Shown: in pieces, positions 37,947 through 46,919 of the stretch | How positions within the stretch are numbered: position 1 is the first letter of the stretch | How the letters are laid out: the number at the start of each line of letters is the position of its first letter | Source: a virus | Lineage: Duplodnaviria; Caudoviricetes | DNA length: 57,446 bases | Strand: one strand, 5' to 3' | Virus record (IMG/VR): IMGVR_UViG_3300035139_000059 | Coordinates: 1-57,446 of that record | Notes under the pieces: generated by a model | What the model saw: only the letters and a program-made list of their open reading frames with translations | Database searches by the model: none | What the model was told of the DNA's origin: nothing | Made by a program: the position numbers and the translations under genes

Positions 37947-38465
37947 ATGACAGCAAAACAAGCGATGATATATTTATGTCAGATATATAGAACAGATATT
38001 AAAGACGTTCAGGTTAAACCAGTAGAAAAATGGTTAGAAAAAAATATACAAGAAACTGAAATGCAAAAATTTGTCGGTAAAATATTGCAAAACGTAAAAA
38101 CAGAATATGAAAAACTGCCGTCAGTGGCGACATTAGAAGAGATAAAGAAACCGGATAAAAATTTGTTAGAGCAGCTAGCACATCAAAAATTTAATGAATT
38201 AATAAATAAAGTAGATTCTTATAGAGATTTTATTACGGATGACAATCGAATACAAGCTGGTTTAGATGCCATAGGGGGGTGGCTAGCATTATGCAATTCT
38301 TTAAAAAATGAATTGAAATGGTTAAGAAAAGATTTTATAAAAGCTTTTATTCAAGAAGGGATTAATCCTATAACTATTTGTAAGCGTAGCTATGGAATAG
38401 GAACAAGTAAAAAATATAATTTTATAGGAAATGAAAAAAAATGTTTAGAAATAATAAAAAATTAA
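37947..38465 (+). CDS. DUF6475-like protein, probable helicase loader/replication accessory
   Basis: Follows the initiator, with LPSVA and D.RI..AIGGW..LC..WLRKDF..AF. Confidence 0.6.
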   Translation: MTAKQAMIYLCQIYRTDIKDVQVKPVEKWLEKNIQETEMQKFVGKILQNVKTEYEKLPSVATLEEIKKPDKNLLEQLAHQKFNELINKVDSYRDFITDDNRIQAGLDAIGGWLALCNSLKNELKWLRKDFIKAFIQEGINPITICKRSYGIGTSKKYNFIGNEKKCLEIIKN

Positions 38466-38481
38466 AAAAAGAGGTAAAAAT

Positions 38482-38754
38482 ATGAAAAATTATGTAGTTG
38501 TAACAACAGACAAAAAAGGCGTTTTTTGGGGAGAATTAGTTAAAGATGAATCTCCAAAAAAATGCATTTTGAAAAATGCAAAAATGTGTCTTTATTGGAC
38601 TATAAAAACACAAGGAGTTTTAGGATTGGCTAATATAGGGCCACAGAAAGGGTCTCGACTTACGCCACCTGTTCCCCAAATTGTTTTATATGATATTACC
38701 GCAATAATAAAATGCACCCCAGAAGCAACAAAACAATGGAGTGAAACACAATGA
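38482..38754 (+). CDS. Conserved phage hypothetical protein (DUF6948-like)
   Basis: YVVVTT..GVF.G.L, L.NA..YW and G..GLA..GP. Confidence 0.6.
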   Translation: MKNYVVVTTDKKGVFWGELVKDESPKKCILKNAKMCLYWTIKTQGVLGLANIGPQKGSRLTPPVPQIVLYDITAIIKCTPEATKQWSETQ

Positions 38755-39137
38755 AAATAAAATTTTTATATAAGAGTAGAAATTTTAATGATATTGACTA
38801 TGGCGATGGCTATGGCTCTGGCTTTGGCGATGGCTATAAAATTGAAATATTACAAAAAGATGCAATTAAAGCATATCACTACATCCAAAAAAAAGACAAT
38901 TTTTTTATCCTGCGAAATGGTGAAAAAATAAAATTAAAACAAAAATTATATGAACCTGTAATAAAATTATGTGAATACGGGTTGCATGCCTCCTTATGTA
39001 TAGAAGATGCTAAAACATATAAGTCATCAGAAAATTGCGTATTAACAAAAGTAAAAGTCTGGGGAGAGATAATATTTTCCAAGGATAAATTAGTTGCAAC
39101 TAATAGACAAATTGTAGAAGTTTTAGATGAAACGTAA
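38751..39137 (+). CDS. Hypothetical protein with a short GDGYG repeat and a GLHAS domain
   Basis: YGDGYGSGFGDGY and LCEYGLHAS..DKLVA. Confidence 0.65.
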   Translation: MKIKFLYKSRNFNDIDYGDGYGSGFGDGYKIEILQKDAIKAYHYIQKKDNFFILRNGEKIKLKQKLYEPVIKLCEYGLHASLCIEDAKTYKSSENCVLTKVKVWGEIIFSKDKLVATNRQIVEVLDET

Positions 39138-39140
39138 TTT

Positions 39141-39254
39141 AAAATAAAAATTATAAAACATTTTTATAAAATTATTTATAAAAAAAAAAAAAATAATTGA
39201 CAAAATTATAATAATTTAGTATATTGTATATAGAAATTATAAAAGGCTTCGGCC
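39141..39254 (+). promoter_or_regulatory. 114-bp repeated sigma70 promoter element, copy 2
   Basis: TTGACA 39197-39202, a 17-bp spacer and TATATT 39220-39225. It appears identical to the inverted copy 1. Confidence 0.88.
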
Positions 39255-39267
39255 GGGGAAGGGGATT

Positions 39268-39939
39268 ATGACTAAAGAATTAAAAAAAAGAATGACTACT
39301 ATAAGTGGAAAAGAAATATTTATAAATTTTGAAATTGATGAAAGAATTGTAACAAACTATTGTATATCTGATAATGTAAAATGTTTTTTCAATAATCATC
39401 AATTATATTTTAGGATAGTTAATAAAAAGAATTGTTTATTAGCAAAAGGATTAGCAAAAAAAGAAATATGTGATTTTTTAAATCTTAAAATAAACAGTGA
39501 TAAAGATTTAATTCTTTCTTTTAATGATTCAGAATGGAAAGAAATTAACGAAATTAAAGAAAACAATAAAAAAGAATATAAAAGTTATGCTAAAAAAGAA
39601 GCTGAAAGAATTGTAAAAGAAAAAATTAAGGTGTGTGAAAACGATATAGAAGAAGCTATATGGGATGAATTGTGTTCTTGTTTAAATAATTATCATAAAG
39701 TTTTTGTTTCTGAAAAAGACGGGAATGACGAAATTTCAACTCTTGATGATTATGACTACAGAAGAAACAAACAATATTTTATTTTTAGTAAAAAAGAAAT
39801 AATAAAAGAGAATGAAATTAAAAAAAATGAAATTGAGGAAATGAAATATAAAGCAATTGCTAACGAAAAATTAACAGAAAAGGAAAAAAATACTTTAAGA
39901 GATAATGATTTTGATTATTTAATAGGGAATGCTTATTAA
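39268..39939 (+). CDS. Hypothetical early protein (cassette 2 cargo)
   Basis: Lies between promoter copy 2 and the hairpin/ribozyme remnant. It starts ATGACTAAA, like the cassette 1 ORF. Confidence 0.75.
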   Translation: MTKELKKRMTTISGKEIFINFEIDERIVTNYCISDNVKCFFNNHQLYFRIVNKKNCLLAKGLAKKEICDFLNLKINSDKDLILSFNDSEWKEINEIKENNKKEYKSYAKKEAERIVKEKIKVCENDIEEAIWDELCSCLNNYHKVFVSEKDGNDEISTLDDYDYRRNKQYFIFSKKEIIKENEIKKNEIEEMKYKAIANEKLTEKEKNTLRDNDFDYLIGNAY

Positions 39940-39950
39940 AATAGTCTAAA

Positions 39951-39998
39951 TTAGCCCTTCGGGGCTAGAGTCTTTAATGCGCAGAGAGAAGATCATAA
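39951..39998 (+). ncRNA. UUCG hairpin plus degenerate twister ribozyme remnant (30-nt core deletion)
   Basis: TTAGCCCTTCGGGGCTAG-A-GTCTTTAATGC/GCAGAGAGAAGAT-CATAA matches the 32479-32556 element minus ribozyme positions 12-41. Confidence 0.85.
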
Positions 39999-40008
39999 CA
40001 GAGGCGAT

Positions 40009-40266
40009 ATGACAGAAAAAATGATAAAATATAAACAATATATGATTTTATTTTATAATACAAAAAATAGCAAAATTATAAGGTCAAAATTTTGGCTTAC
40101 AAAAAGAAATGCTGAAAAATATTTTTCTTTAGTTAAAAATAGATGGCAAGATGAAAAGTTTAATACTATAAGAAGAAAAAATATTCCAAATATTCTATGT
40201 GTTTTATACGGCAAAAAAGAATTTGGTGATTGTTGGGAAGAGCTTAATTATTGTTTTTGTGGGTGA
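40009..40266 (+). CDS. Hypothetical protein, paralogue of 42282..42569
   Basis: Shared IKY.QYMILF, SKFW, YF.LV, KFN.IR and CVLYG.K. Confidence 0.7.
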   Translation: MTEKMIKYKQYMILFYNTKNSKIIRSKFWLTKRNAEKYFSLVKNRWQDEKFNTIRRKNIPNILCVLYGKKEFGDCWEELNYCFCG

Positions 40267-40289
40267 ATAAAAAGTTGTAGAAATTTTAA

Positions 40290-40985
40290 ATGAAAAATAA
40301 TTTTAAAATAATAAAAATAAAAATTACATCTGATATGGTTGGACAAGATTGTTTTATTTCTTCTGAAAAAGAGATATATAATAAATGCATTTATGGACAA
40401 TTAACCGCAGCAAGTATAAATTTAAAAATAAAACCACGGAGTCTCGAACAACATAGACTGTTATTCGCAATTTTTAAAGAAATATCTGAGCAATTAGCAG
40501 ACGATAATAATTTTAATACAATTGAAAAAATAAAAGAGCAGACAAAATTAGCATGTAAATTTATAGATTGTTATTATTATTATGAAAATCAAAAAACCGG
40601 TAAAAAGGAATTAAATATAAAAACAAAATCAATTTCTTTTGATAAATTAGATCATTATGATGCCTGTGGATTATTTGATAAATTTTTTGAATATTGTGCT
40701 GAATTATTAGGAATTGATAAAGATACTTTAATCGAAAATATTAGTAAAAAAAATAAATTGAGACCGACTTGCGTTATATGTGGAAAGAAAGCAACACAAA
40801 AACATCATAAATTCGCTGACACAAAAGTTAATAGGGAAAAATATAAAAAATTATTAGATGCTGATTTTAATCTAATTGATATTTGTCATGATTGTCATGT
40901 TAGTCATAATAATTATATTTTATGCCGAGATTATGTTTTAAATGAAAAAGAGTTTTTAGAATTATGTAAAAAGAATAAGACATAA
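40290..40985 (+). CDS. NinB/DUF1367-like protein with a C-terminal HNH-like zinc module
   Basis: PRSLEQHRLLFA..KSISFDKLD and CVICG..HH..N..ICHDCH. Confidence 0.6.
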   Translation: MKNNFKIIKIKITSDMVGQDCFISSEKEIYNKCIYGQLTAASINLKIKPRSLEQHRLLFAIFKEISEQLADDNNFNTIEKIKEQTKLACKFIDCYYYYENQKTGKKELNIKTKSISFDKLDHYDACGLFDKFFEYCAELLGIDKDTLIENISKKNKLRPTCVICGKKATQKHHKFADTKVNREKYKKLLDADFNLIDICHDCHVSHNNYILCRDYVLNEKEFLELCKKNKT

Positions 40986-41172
40986 ATTAAAAAAATGGAG
41001 AATAATATGAACAGAGTTTTAATGTATTCAGGAGGTTTTGCCATAGGATGGGTAACTTCTCTAAAAGTTATGGCTGGTTTTTAAATGGAAGTTTTAATGT
41101 TATAGGAGCTGTTCGTAATAAATTTATTTTTTATATTGAACATGCACAAAAAATAAATTTAAAAAAAATGTC

Positions 41173-41322
41173 TTGACAAAAAAAATAAAATTTTTATTAT
41201 AAATCACCCTTTTTAAAAAAATGCAATTTAGAGGGGGGACAAACCTACCTTGATTTTGTTGTCCCCTTTCTAAAGATAAATTTAAAAAAATATTTGACAA
41301 AATATATTAAAAATTTTAAATA
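41173..41322 (+). promoter_or_regulatory. Two TTGACA promoter-like boxes flanking a long hairpin
   Basis: TTGACA at 41173 and 41294, each preceded by ATAAATTTAAAAAAA. The 16-bp stem is 41227-41242/41259-41274. Confidence 0.45.
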
Positions 41323-41456
41323 AATAAAGGGAAAAAAAATGGGGATTAAAATATTTGATAAAATATGTGAATGTGGCTATCATATTAGATATGAAGGTTT
41401 TGTTCCAAACAAAATAAAATGTAGTAAATGTAAAAAAATTTTAAAAAGGGATTCCA

Positions 41457-41648
41457 ATGAAAATAAAAACAAACAAGCAAAAAACGATTGAAAATTTAGA
41501 AAATAGAATAGACGAAATTAATTATCAAATCATACAGATACAATTAAGAGATAAAAAAACTTGGTTAATTAAACAAAATTTAAAAAGGAAAAAGCAGGAA
41601 AGAGAAGATTTAATTCAATTATTAATTAATTTAAAAAGTTTAAAATGA
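41457..41648 (+). CDS. Small coiled-coil hypothetical protein
   Basis: 63-aa ORF with an AAGGGA RBS-like sequence. Confidence 0.5.
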   Translation: MKIKTNKQKTIENLENRIDEINYQIIQIQLRDKKTWLIKQNLKRKKQEREDLIQLLINLKSLK

Positions 41649-41711
41649 ATAAAGATTTAATTTTAATATGCATTTGGGTTATAATATTATTGCTTTTTAT
41701 TTGTATTCTCT

Positions 41712-41933
41712 ATGAAAATAGGAGCAAAAATGAGTAAAGGTGATATTTGGAAAGAGCTTTTAGTTTTTGCCGGTGGTGTTTTATTATTAATAATTTCTAT
41801 TTGTGTTATTTGCATAATATGGATATTTTTGGTAGCATATAAAAATTATATAGGAATGATAGCTTTTGTTGTAATTACAATTTTTTTGTTAAAATTTTTA
41901 TTTAAATTATTTCAATGGCTGAAAGGAGAATAA
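41712..41933 (+). CDS. Small two-TM membrane protein
   Basis: Two hydrophobic helices. The start may be the second Met, after AGGAG. Confidence 0.55.
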   Translation: MKIGAKMSKGDIWKELLVFAGGVLLLIISICVICIIWIFLVAYKNYIGMIAFVVITIFLLKFLFKLFQWLKGE

Positions 41934-42007
41934 TATGATGTATTCTTGGGTTCTTAATAATTTTTGTATTAGGATTATCTGCGAAATAAATTTATTATAA
42001 GAAAAAT

Positions 42008-42298
42008 ATGAAAACTTTTTTAAATTTTAAATTTTCTATATTTCCGTATGTAATTATAAAACGAGGGCCAAATACAAAATATTATGAAAGTATTCATTTT
42101 AATAACAAAAAGACAAAAAAACAAATAAATATTTTTTATAATAAAGTTAATAAAAAAATTAATATAGGATTATATGATGGAACAAAAAAAAATGAAAGAG
42201 ATAAATTGAAACATATTTGTTCTTTTGATAAAATAGAAAAAAATAAAATTATTAAAATTTTAAAGGAATATTTTATTATATATGAAGAAAAAAAATAA
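42008..42298 (+). CDS. Hypothetical basic protein
   Basis: 96-aa ORF in operon context. Confidence 0.45.
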   Translation: MKTFLNFKFSIFPYVIIKRGPNTKYYESIHFNNKKTKKQINIFYNKVNKKINIGLYDGTKKNERDKLKHICSFDKIEKNKIIKILKEYFIIYEEKK

Positions 42299-42569
42299 TT
42301 TAAGGAGAGATAAAATTAAAATAAAATATATACAATATATGATTTTATTTTCTGATATTAGATTTAATTATGTTTTAATGTCAAAATTTTGGCGTGATGA
42401 ATCAGAAGCATTTGATTATTTTCAGTTAGTTTTAACTGATTGGAAAAAAAATTATAAATTTAATAATATAAGAAAGAAAGCAAAAAGCATTTCGTGTGTT
42501 TTGTACGGTCAAAAAAAATCCGGTTCTTGGAAAGAAATTGATTGGGTTTTTCCGCAATTAAGTTTATGA
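42282..42569 (+). CDS. Hypothetical protein, paralogue of 40009..40266
   Basis: Shares motifs with the 40009 ORF. The true start is uncertain. Confidence 0.65.
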   Translation: MKKKNNLRRDKIKIKYIQYMILFSDIRFNYVLMSKFWRDESEAFDYFQLVLTDWKKNYKFNNIRKKAKSISCVLYGQKKSGSWKEIDWVFPQLSL

Positions 42570-42677
42570 ATAATAAGGAGAAATAAAATGAATATTGGTA
42601 GCATATAAAAATTATATAGGAATGATAGCTTTTGCTGTAATTACAATTATTTTGTTAAAATTTTTATTTAAATTATT

Positions 42678-42953
42678 TTGATGGTTAAAAGGGAGGATAA
42701 GATGAATAAAAAAGAAAAAAGATTAGTTAGTTTCTTGTTAGAAATAGCTTCAGATCATTTTTCTAATCATGGATGTAATGATTTTGAATTGGAGTGGGTA
42801 GAAAAATGGAATAAAAAAGAAAAAGAAGCATTAAATCGAGAAATGCATATATGGCACATGTCTAATAAAAAAGATTATAAAGATATTTTATATCATTCTG
42901 ATTATTTTTTAATGTCTTTTTTTTCTAATAAAATTAAAGGAGAAATAAAATGA
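42678..42953 (+). CDS. Hypothetical protein
   Basis: ASDHFSNHGCND motif. A GGGAGG RBS favours the internal Met (MNKKEK). Confidence 0.65.
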   Translation: MMVKREDKMNKKEKRLVSFLLEIASDHFSNHGCNDFELEWVEKWNKKEKEALNREMHIWHMSNKKDYKDILYHSDYFLMSFFSNKIKGEIK

Positions 42954-43195
42954 ATATTGGTGCGTTATGGTTAAAAGAAAAAGATGGGAAGAGATATTTT
43001 ACAGGAAAAATACAATATCCAAATTTTGAATTGCAAATTGCTATATTTAAAAATGAAAATAAAACAAGCGAAAACGCCCCTGATTATAATATAATTTGGA
43101 GTAATTTTAATAAAAAAAATAATCAACAAGATCAACAGCAAAGTATTACACAGCCAAAATCATTTAATGAATTAGATAATGATATTCCATTTTAA
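42950..43195 (+). CDS. DUF736-like small protein with an SSB-type acidic tail
   Basis: IGALW..G.RYF.G.I..F.N..K..APDY and a C-terminal DNDIPF. Confidence 0.7.
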   Translation: MNIGALWLKEKDGKRYFTGKIQYPNFELQIAIFKNENKTSENAPDYNIIWSNFNKKNNQQDQQQSITQPKSFNELDNDIPF

Positions 43196-43206
43196 GGAAT
43201 TATGGT

Positions 43207-43953
43207 GTGAAAAAAATAACTGCAATTATACAAGCAAGGTTAGGAAGTACTAGGTTGTCTGGCAAAGTTTTATATCCCGCATTAAAAAAACCTTTTTTAT
43301 GTCATTTATTAGAACGCATTCAAAGATCAAAAAAAATAAATGAATTTTTAATTGTGACAACAGATCATTCTATTGATAAAACATTAGGCGAATACGCGAA
43401 ACAATATAATTGTAAAATTTTTTATGGAGAAAGTGAATATGTTTTAGATAATATCATAAAAGCATGTGATAAATATAATATTGAGACTATTGTCGATATA
43501 ACCGCCGATTGTCCGCTTATAGATCACAGAGAAATTGATAAAATGATTAAAATTTATAATTATTATCAAAAAAACAATATGGAAATTACATATGTTGCAA
43601 ATGTCGTAAACAGGACCTGGCCTCGTGGTTTTGATTTGCAAATTTATGACGCTAAAACATTAAGATATTATTATAAAAAAATTACTAATGAAAAACATAA
43701 AAATCATTCAGGCTGGAATATTTTAATTCGAGAACAAGATTTAAAAATATTTGATTATTATTATAATGGTAATTTGTCAGAATGGCGTTTATGTATAGAC
43801 GAATACGATGATTATGTTTTAATAAAAAAAATATTTGAATATTTTAAAGATAATAAATTTTCTGCTTATGATATTATTAATTATTTAAAGAAAAATCCAA
43901 AATTATTAGAAATAAATAAAAATGTTAAACAAAAAAAAGCAGGGCAAGGATGA
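43207..43953 (+). CDS. SpsF-like acylneuraminate cytidylyltransferase-family protein (copy 1)
   Basis: IIQARLGSTRLSGKVL, GE...VL, ITADCPLID, P.GFD and RLCIDEYDD. Confidence 0.88.
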   Translation: MKKITAIIQARLGSTRLSGKVLYPALKKPFLCHLLERIQRSKKINEFLIVTTDHSIDKTLGEYAKQYNCKIFYGESEYVLDNIIKACDKYNIETIVDITADCPLIDHREIDKMIKIYNYYQKNNMEITYVANVVNRTWPRGFDLQIYDAKTLRYYYKKITNEKHKNHSGWNILIREQDLKIFDYYYNGNLSEWRLCIDEYDDYVLIKKIFEYFKDNKFSAYDIINYLKKNPKLLEINKNVKQKKAGQG

Positions 43954-43956
43954 TAT

Positions 43957-44358
43957 ATGATTTCAGTATTTAAAAGTATATTTACAGGGGAGCTTAAATA
44001 TATTTTAAAAAAAACGAGAAAAAGCGAAAGGAAAAAAGGAAAAAAAGAAAGGCGAAAAGCTGTAAAAAGAGCTACAATTGATGTTGAGAATTTTTATAAA
44101 ATAAAATTACAAGAAAAAAATTTAGAAATGGAATCATTAAAAATTAAAATTAGTGAATTAGAACGAAAAGAAAGAAAAATGAAAAACAAATGGCATGAAA
44201 TAAGAGAAATAAATGTATTGCAACGTCGTGTTGCTTCTGATTTAGTATATTTGCAAAAAGAAAGACAAACAGAAAATATAGAATATTTTCAAAAATTTAC
44301 ATCTTTAGTTACACAATTAGACTATATAGAAAAAAAAATGATAGGATTAGATAAATGA
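43957..44358 (+). CDS. Coiled-coil hypothetical protein
   Basis: 133-aa charged helical ORF. Confidence 0.55.
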   Translation: MISVFKSIFTGELKYILKKTRKSERKKGKKERRKAVKRATIDVENFYKIKLQEKNLEMESLKIKISELERKERKMKNKWHEIREINVLQRRVASDLVYLQKERQTENIEYFQKFTSLVTQLDYIEKKMIGLDK

Positions 44359-44502
44359 AAAAAATTGATTTGTTTAAGCAAAAAGAAAAGGATATTTATT
44401 TATGTTATAGTGATCCTTATCATAAAGGGCCTACTCTTCTAATAAATAATATAAAAATTTGTTTAAATTATAATCAATTAGAAAATTTAAAGGAATTATT
44501 AA

Positions 44503-45471
44503 TTGAAATATAATGCAATTGTGATAGGTGCTGGAAGTATAGGCGCTTTGAAACAAAAAGGATATGATAATAAGAAATCGGATAATATTTTAACTCATGC
44601 GCATGCGTATTATAAACATCCAAAAATTGATTTAGTAGGAATTATTGATGTTGATATTGATAAAGCACGTAAAGCTGCAAATAAATGGGGTTGTCAATAT
44701 TCAAATACAATAGAGTATTTTAAAAATGAACAACTAGATATAATTTCCGTTTGTGTTTCTACAAAATATCATTATAAAATATTAAAAAATATTATTAAAT
44801 ATAATCCTAAAATAATAGTAGCAGAAAAGCCTTTTTGCTCAAATTTAAAAGAGTCTAAATCAATAGCTCGATTATATAAAAAAAACAACATTAATTTAAT
44901 AGTTAATTATTCCAGAAGATTTTTATCTGAAATACAAAGTAAAGTCGATTTTATAAGAAAAGATTTAAATCTTTTTTCAACTGGCATTTTTCATTATTGC
45001 AGAGGGTTAAAGCATGAAGGTTGTCATGCTTTAGATATATGCTTATGGTTATTAGGCGATTTTAAAAAATTATATACCAATCCGTATTTTAAAATTATAG
45101 ATAGATCATTAGACGATCCAACATTAAGATTTAATGCTAAATTCGGACAAACAGATGTTTTTTTTCGTGGAACAAACGGCAATGACTATAAATTATTTGA
45201 ATTTGAATTATTTACTAAAAATTATATTATAAAATTTAAAGATTTTTTTCAAACAATAGAAATTTATAAAAAGGAAAAAGATAAAATTTGGGGTGATTTT
45301 TATATAATAGATAAAAATCCTGAAATTATAAAAACGGATATTAAGAAATCGTTATATCTTATGATTGATAATGTAGTTAATTTTTTAAATGGAAAATATA
45401 GTTTTGATGAAGATATTTTGAATGGGAGAAATGCCATAAAAGTTCATAAAATTTTGGAGGGGATTAATTAA
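44503..45471 (+). CDS. Gfo/Idh/MocA-family NAD(P)-dependent oxidoreductase
   Basis: VIGAGSIG, THAHAY, DIISVC..H, AEKP, VNYSRRF and GCHALD. Confidence 0.9.
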   Translation: MKYNAIVIGAGSIGALKQKGYDNKKSDNILTHAHAYYKHPKIDLVGIIDVDIDKARKAANKWGCQYSNTIEYFKNEQLDIISVCVSTKYHYKILKNIIKYNPKIIVAEKPFCSNLKESKSIARLYKKNNINLIVNYSRRFLSEIQSKVDFIRKDLNLFSTGIFHYCRGLKHEGCHALDICLWLLGDFKKLYTNPYFKIIDRSLDDPTLRFNAKFGQTDVFFRGTNGNDYKLFEFELFTKNYIIKFKDFFQTIEIYKKEKDKIWGDFYIIDKNPEIIKTDIKKSLYLMIDNVVNFLNGKYSFDEDILNGRNAIKVHKILEGIN

Positions 45472-45726
45472 ATGAATTTAACAGAAGAGCAAGAATATGA
45501 TAGAATTATAAATAATGGTCTTAAAAATTTTATGTTTAATATATCTATTTTTTTAAAAAATATAGACAGATATAAATATAAAAAAAATAATATTTCTGAT
45601 ATGAGTTTAGATGAAAAAGGGGAGTGGGTTCTGTATGAAGATTTAATGGACATTATAGATGTGATATTTTTATCTATTTGTGAAAATGAAAAGGAAAAAA
45701 AGAAGGGAAAGAAATGGAAAAGATAA
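45472..45726 (+). CDS. Hypothetical protein
   Basis: GGAGGG RBS. The N-terminus M.LTEEQE is shared with the 46600 ORF. Confidence 0.55.
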   Translation: MNLTEEQEYDRIINNGLKNFMFNISIFLKNIDRYKYKKNNISDMSLDEKGEWVLYEDLMDIIDVIFLSICENEKEKKKGKKWKR

Positions 45727-45995
45727 AGAAAAATTATTTCACGAAAGTTGCTGAAAAATTATTATTTAAGTTAAGCGAAAAAAATTTATCTGAAAAAAAT
45801 TTATCTGTAGAAGAATTTATAAAAAGTTTTTTATTGGATAAAAAGGAGGAAAATTTATGAAAAAGGTTAAAAAAAGTAAAAAATGGTTAAAGAGGATTTA
45901 TTAAATGAATTTAACAGAAGAATAAAAAATAATATTTGATATGTTTCATAAAATTTGTTATGATTAAGAAAAAATTAAATAAATAGGAGAAAAAA

Positions 45996-46283
45996 ATGAG
46001 AATTCAAGAAATTTTAGAAAAAAAGGATGATGAATTAGCATCTGAAGAAAAGGAAAATATAATTAAAGCTCTTAAATTAAAGTTTAAAATTTATGAAAAC
46101 AAATGTGATGAAGTTATTTTACAAACAAAAAAAAATATTCATAGATTAGAAAATAATTTTCACGAGGGAGGTATTTACATAGATTCCTTAATAGAGGATA
46201 ATTTAGTAATAGAAGATTTAAAAAGACAAAAAGAAAAGGCAAAAGAGCTTTTTGATTATTATTTTGGTGAGACTGAAAAATGA
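45996..46283 (+). CDS. Hypothetical coiled-coil protein
   Basis: AGGAG RBS. Confidence 0.6.
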   Translation: MRIQEILEKKDDELASEEKENIIKALKLKFKIYENKCDEVILQTKKNIHRLENNFHEGGIYIDSLIEDNLVIEDLKRQKEKAKELFDYYFGETEK

Positions 46284-46567
46284 GTTATAATGAATTCGCC
46301 GAAGAGGCTATATATGCTTGCGGAGAAAAAATGGCTAAATTAGCAATAAATGGTGGCGAGCCAATAAGAAAAAATTTATTACCAGCAGACAATGAGAACA
46401 TAATTAAATATAATATAATTTTTATAAATAATTTGCTTATTCATAAAAGAAAATATATTAATATTGAAAATTGCGAACTTAAATATGAAACGGATGTACG
46501 CTGGAAAGTAACGAAGGATAGAATCGAACAAATGAATAATGCGTTTAAAGAAATATGTAATAATTAA
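46280..46567 (+). CDS. Chimeric ORF built from fragments of neighbouring genes
   Basis: Contains MAKLAINGGEPIRKNLLPA (start of the aminotransferase) plus NLL.HK.KYINIEN and NA.K segments of the 46600 ORF. Confidence 0.55.
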   Translation: MSYNEFAEEAIYACGEKMAKLAINGGEPIRKNLLPADNENIIKYNIIFINNLLIHKRKYINIENCELKYETDVRWKVTKDRIEQMNNAFKEICNN

Positions 46568-46599
46568 AAGAGAAAAAATGGTTAAAGAGGATTTATTAA

Positions 46600-46902
46600 A
46601 TGGATTTAACAGAAGAGCAAGAAATAATATTTGATATGTTTCGTAAAATTTGTATGGATTATCCAAGAGTGTTAGAGAAATACTCTGATTATGTAGTAGA
46701 TACGTTAGGTGACAAAAATATAATTGAACAAACGATTTGCCAATTTAATAATAAGATGAAAAAACAAATGCAAAATTTGCTTGTTCACAAAAAAAGAAAA
46801 TATATTAATATTGAAAATGAAATGGGCCAAATTCAGGGACACAAATTTTATGAACTTAATGTAATGGAACATTTGGATAATGCGCTTAAAAAAATGATGT
46901 AA
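46600..46902 (+). CDS. Hypothetical protein
   Basis: AGAGG RBS, 100 aa. Confidence 0.6.
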   Translation: MDLTEEQEIIFDMFRKICMDYPRVLEKYSDYVVDTLGDKNIIEQTICQFNNKMKKQMQNLLVHKKRKYINIENEMGQIQGHKFYELNVMEHLDNALKKMM

Positions 46903-46919
46903 TAATTAAGGGGAAGAAA

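Noticed and set aside
41007-41084. QueC/PP-loop gene suggested by VLMYSGG
   Set aside because: The ORF is only 25 codons, at most a remnant, and no other 7-deazaguanine genes are present.
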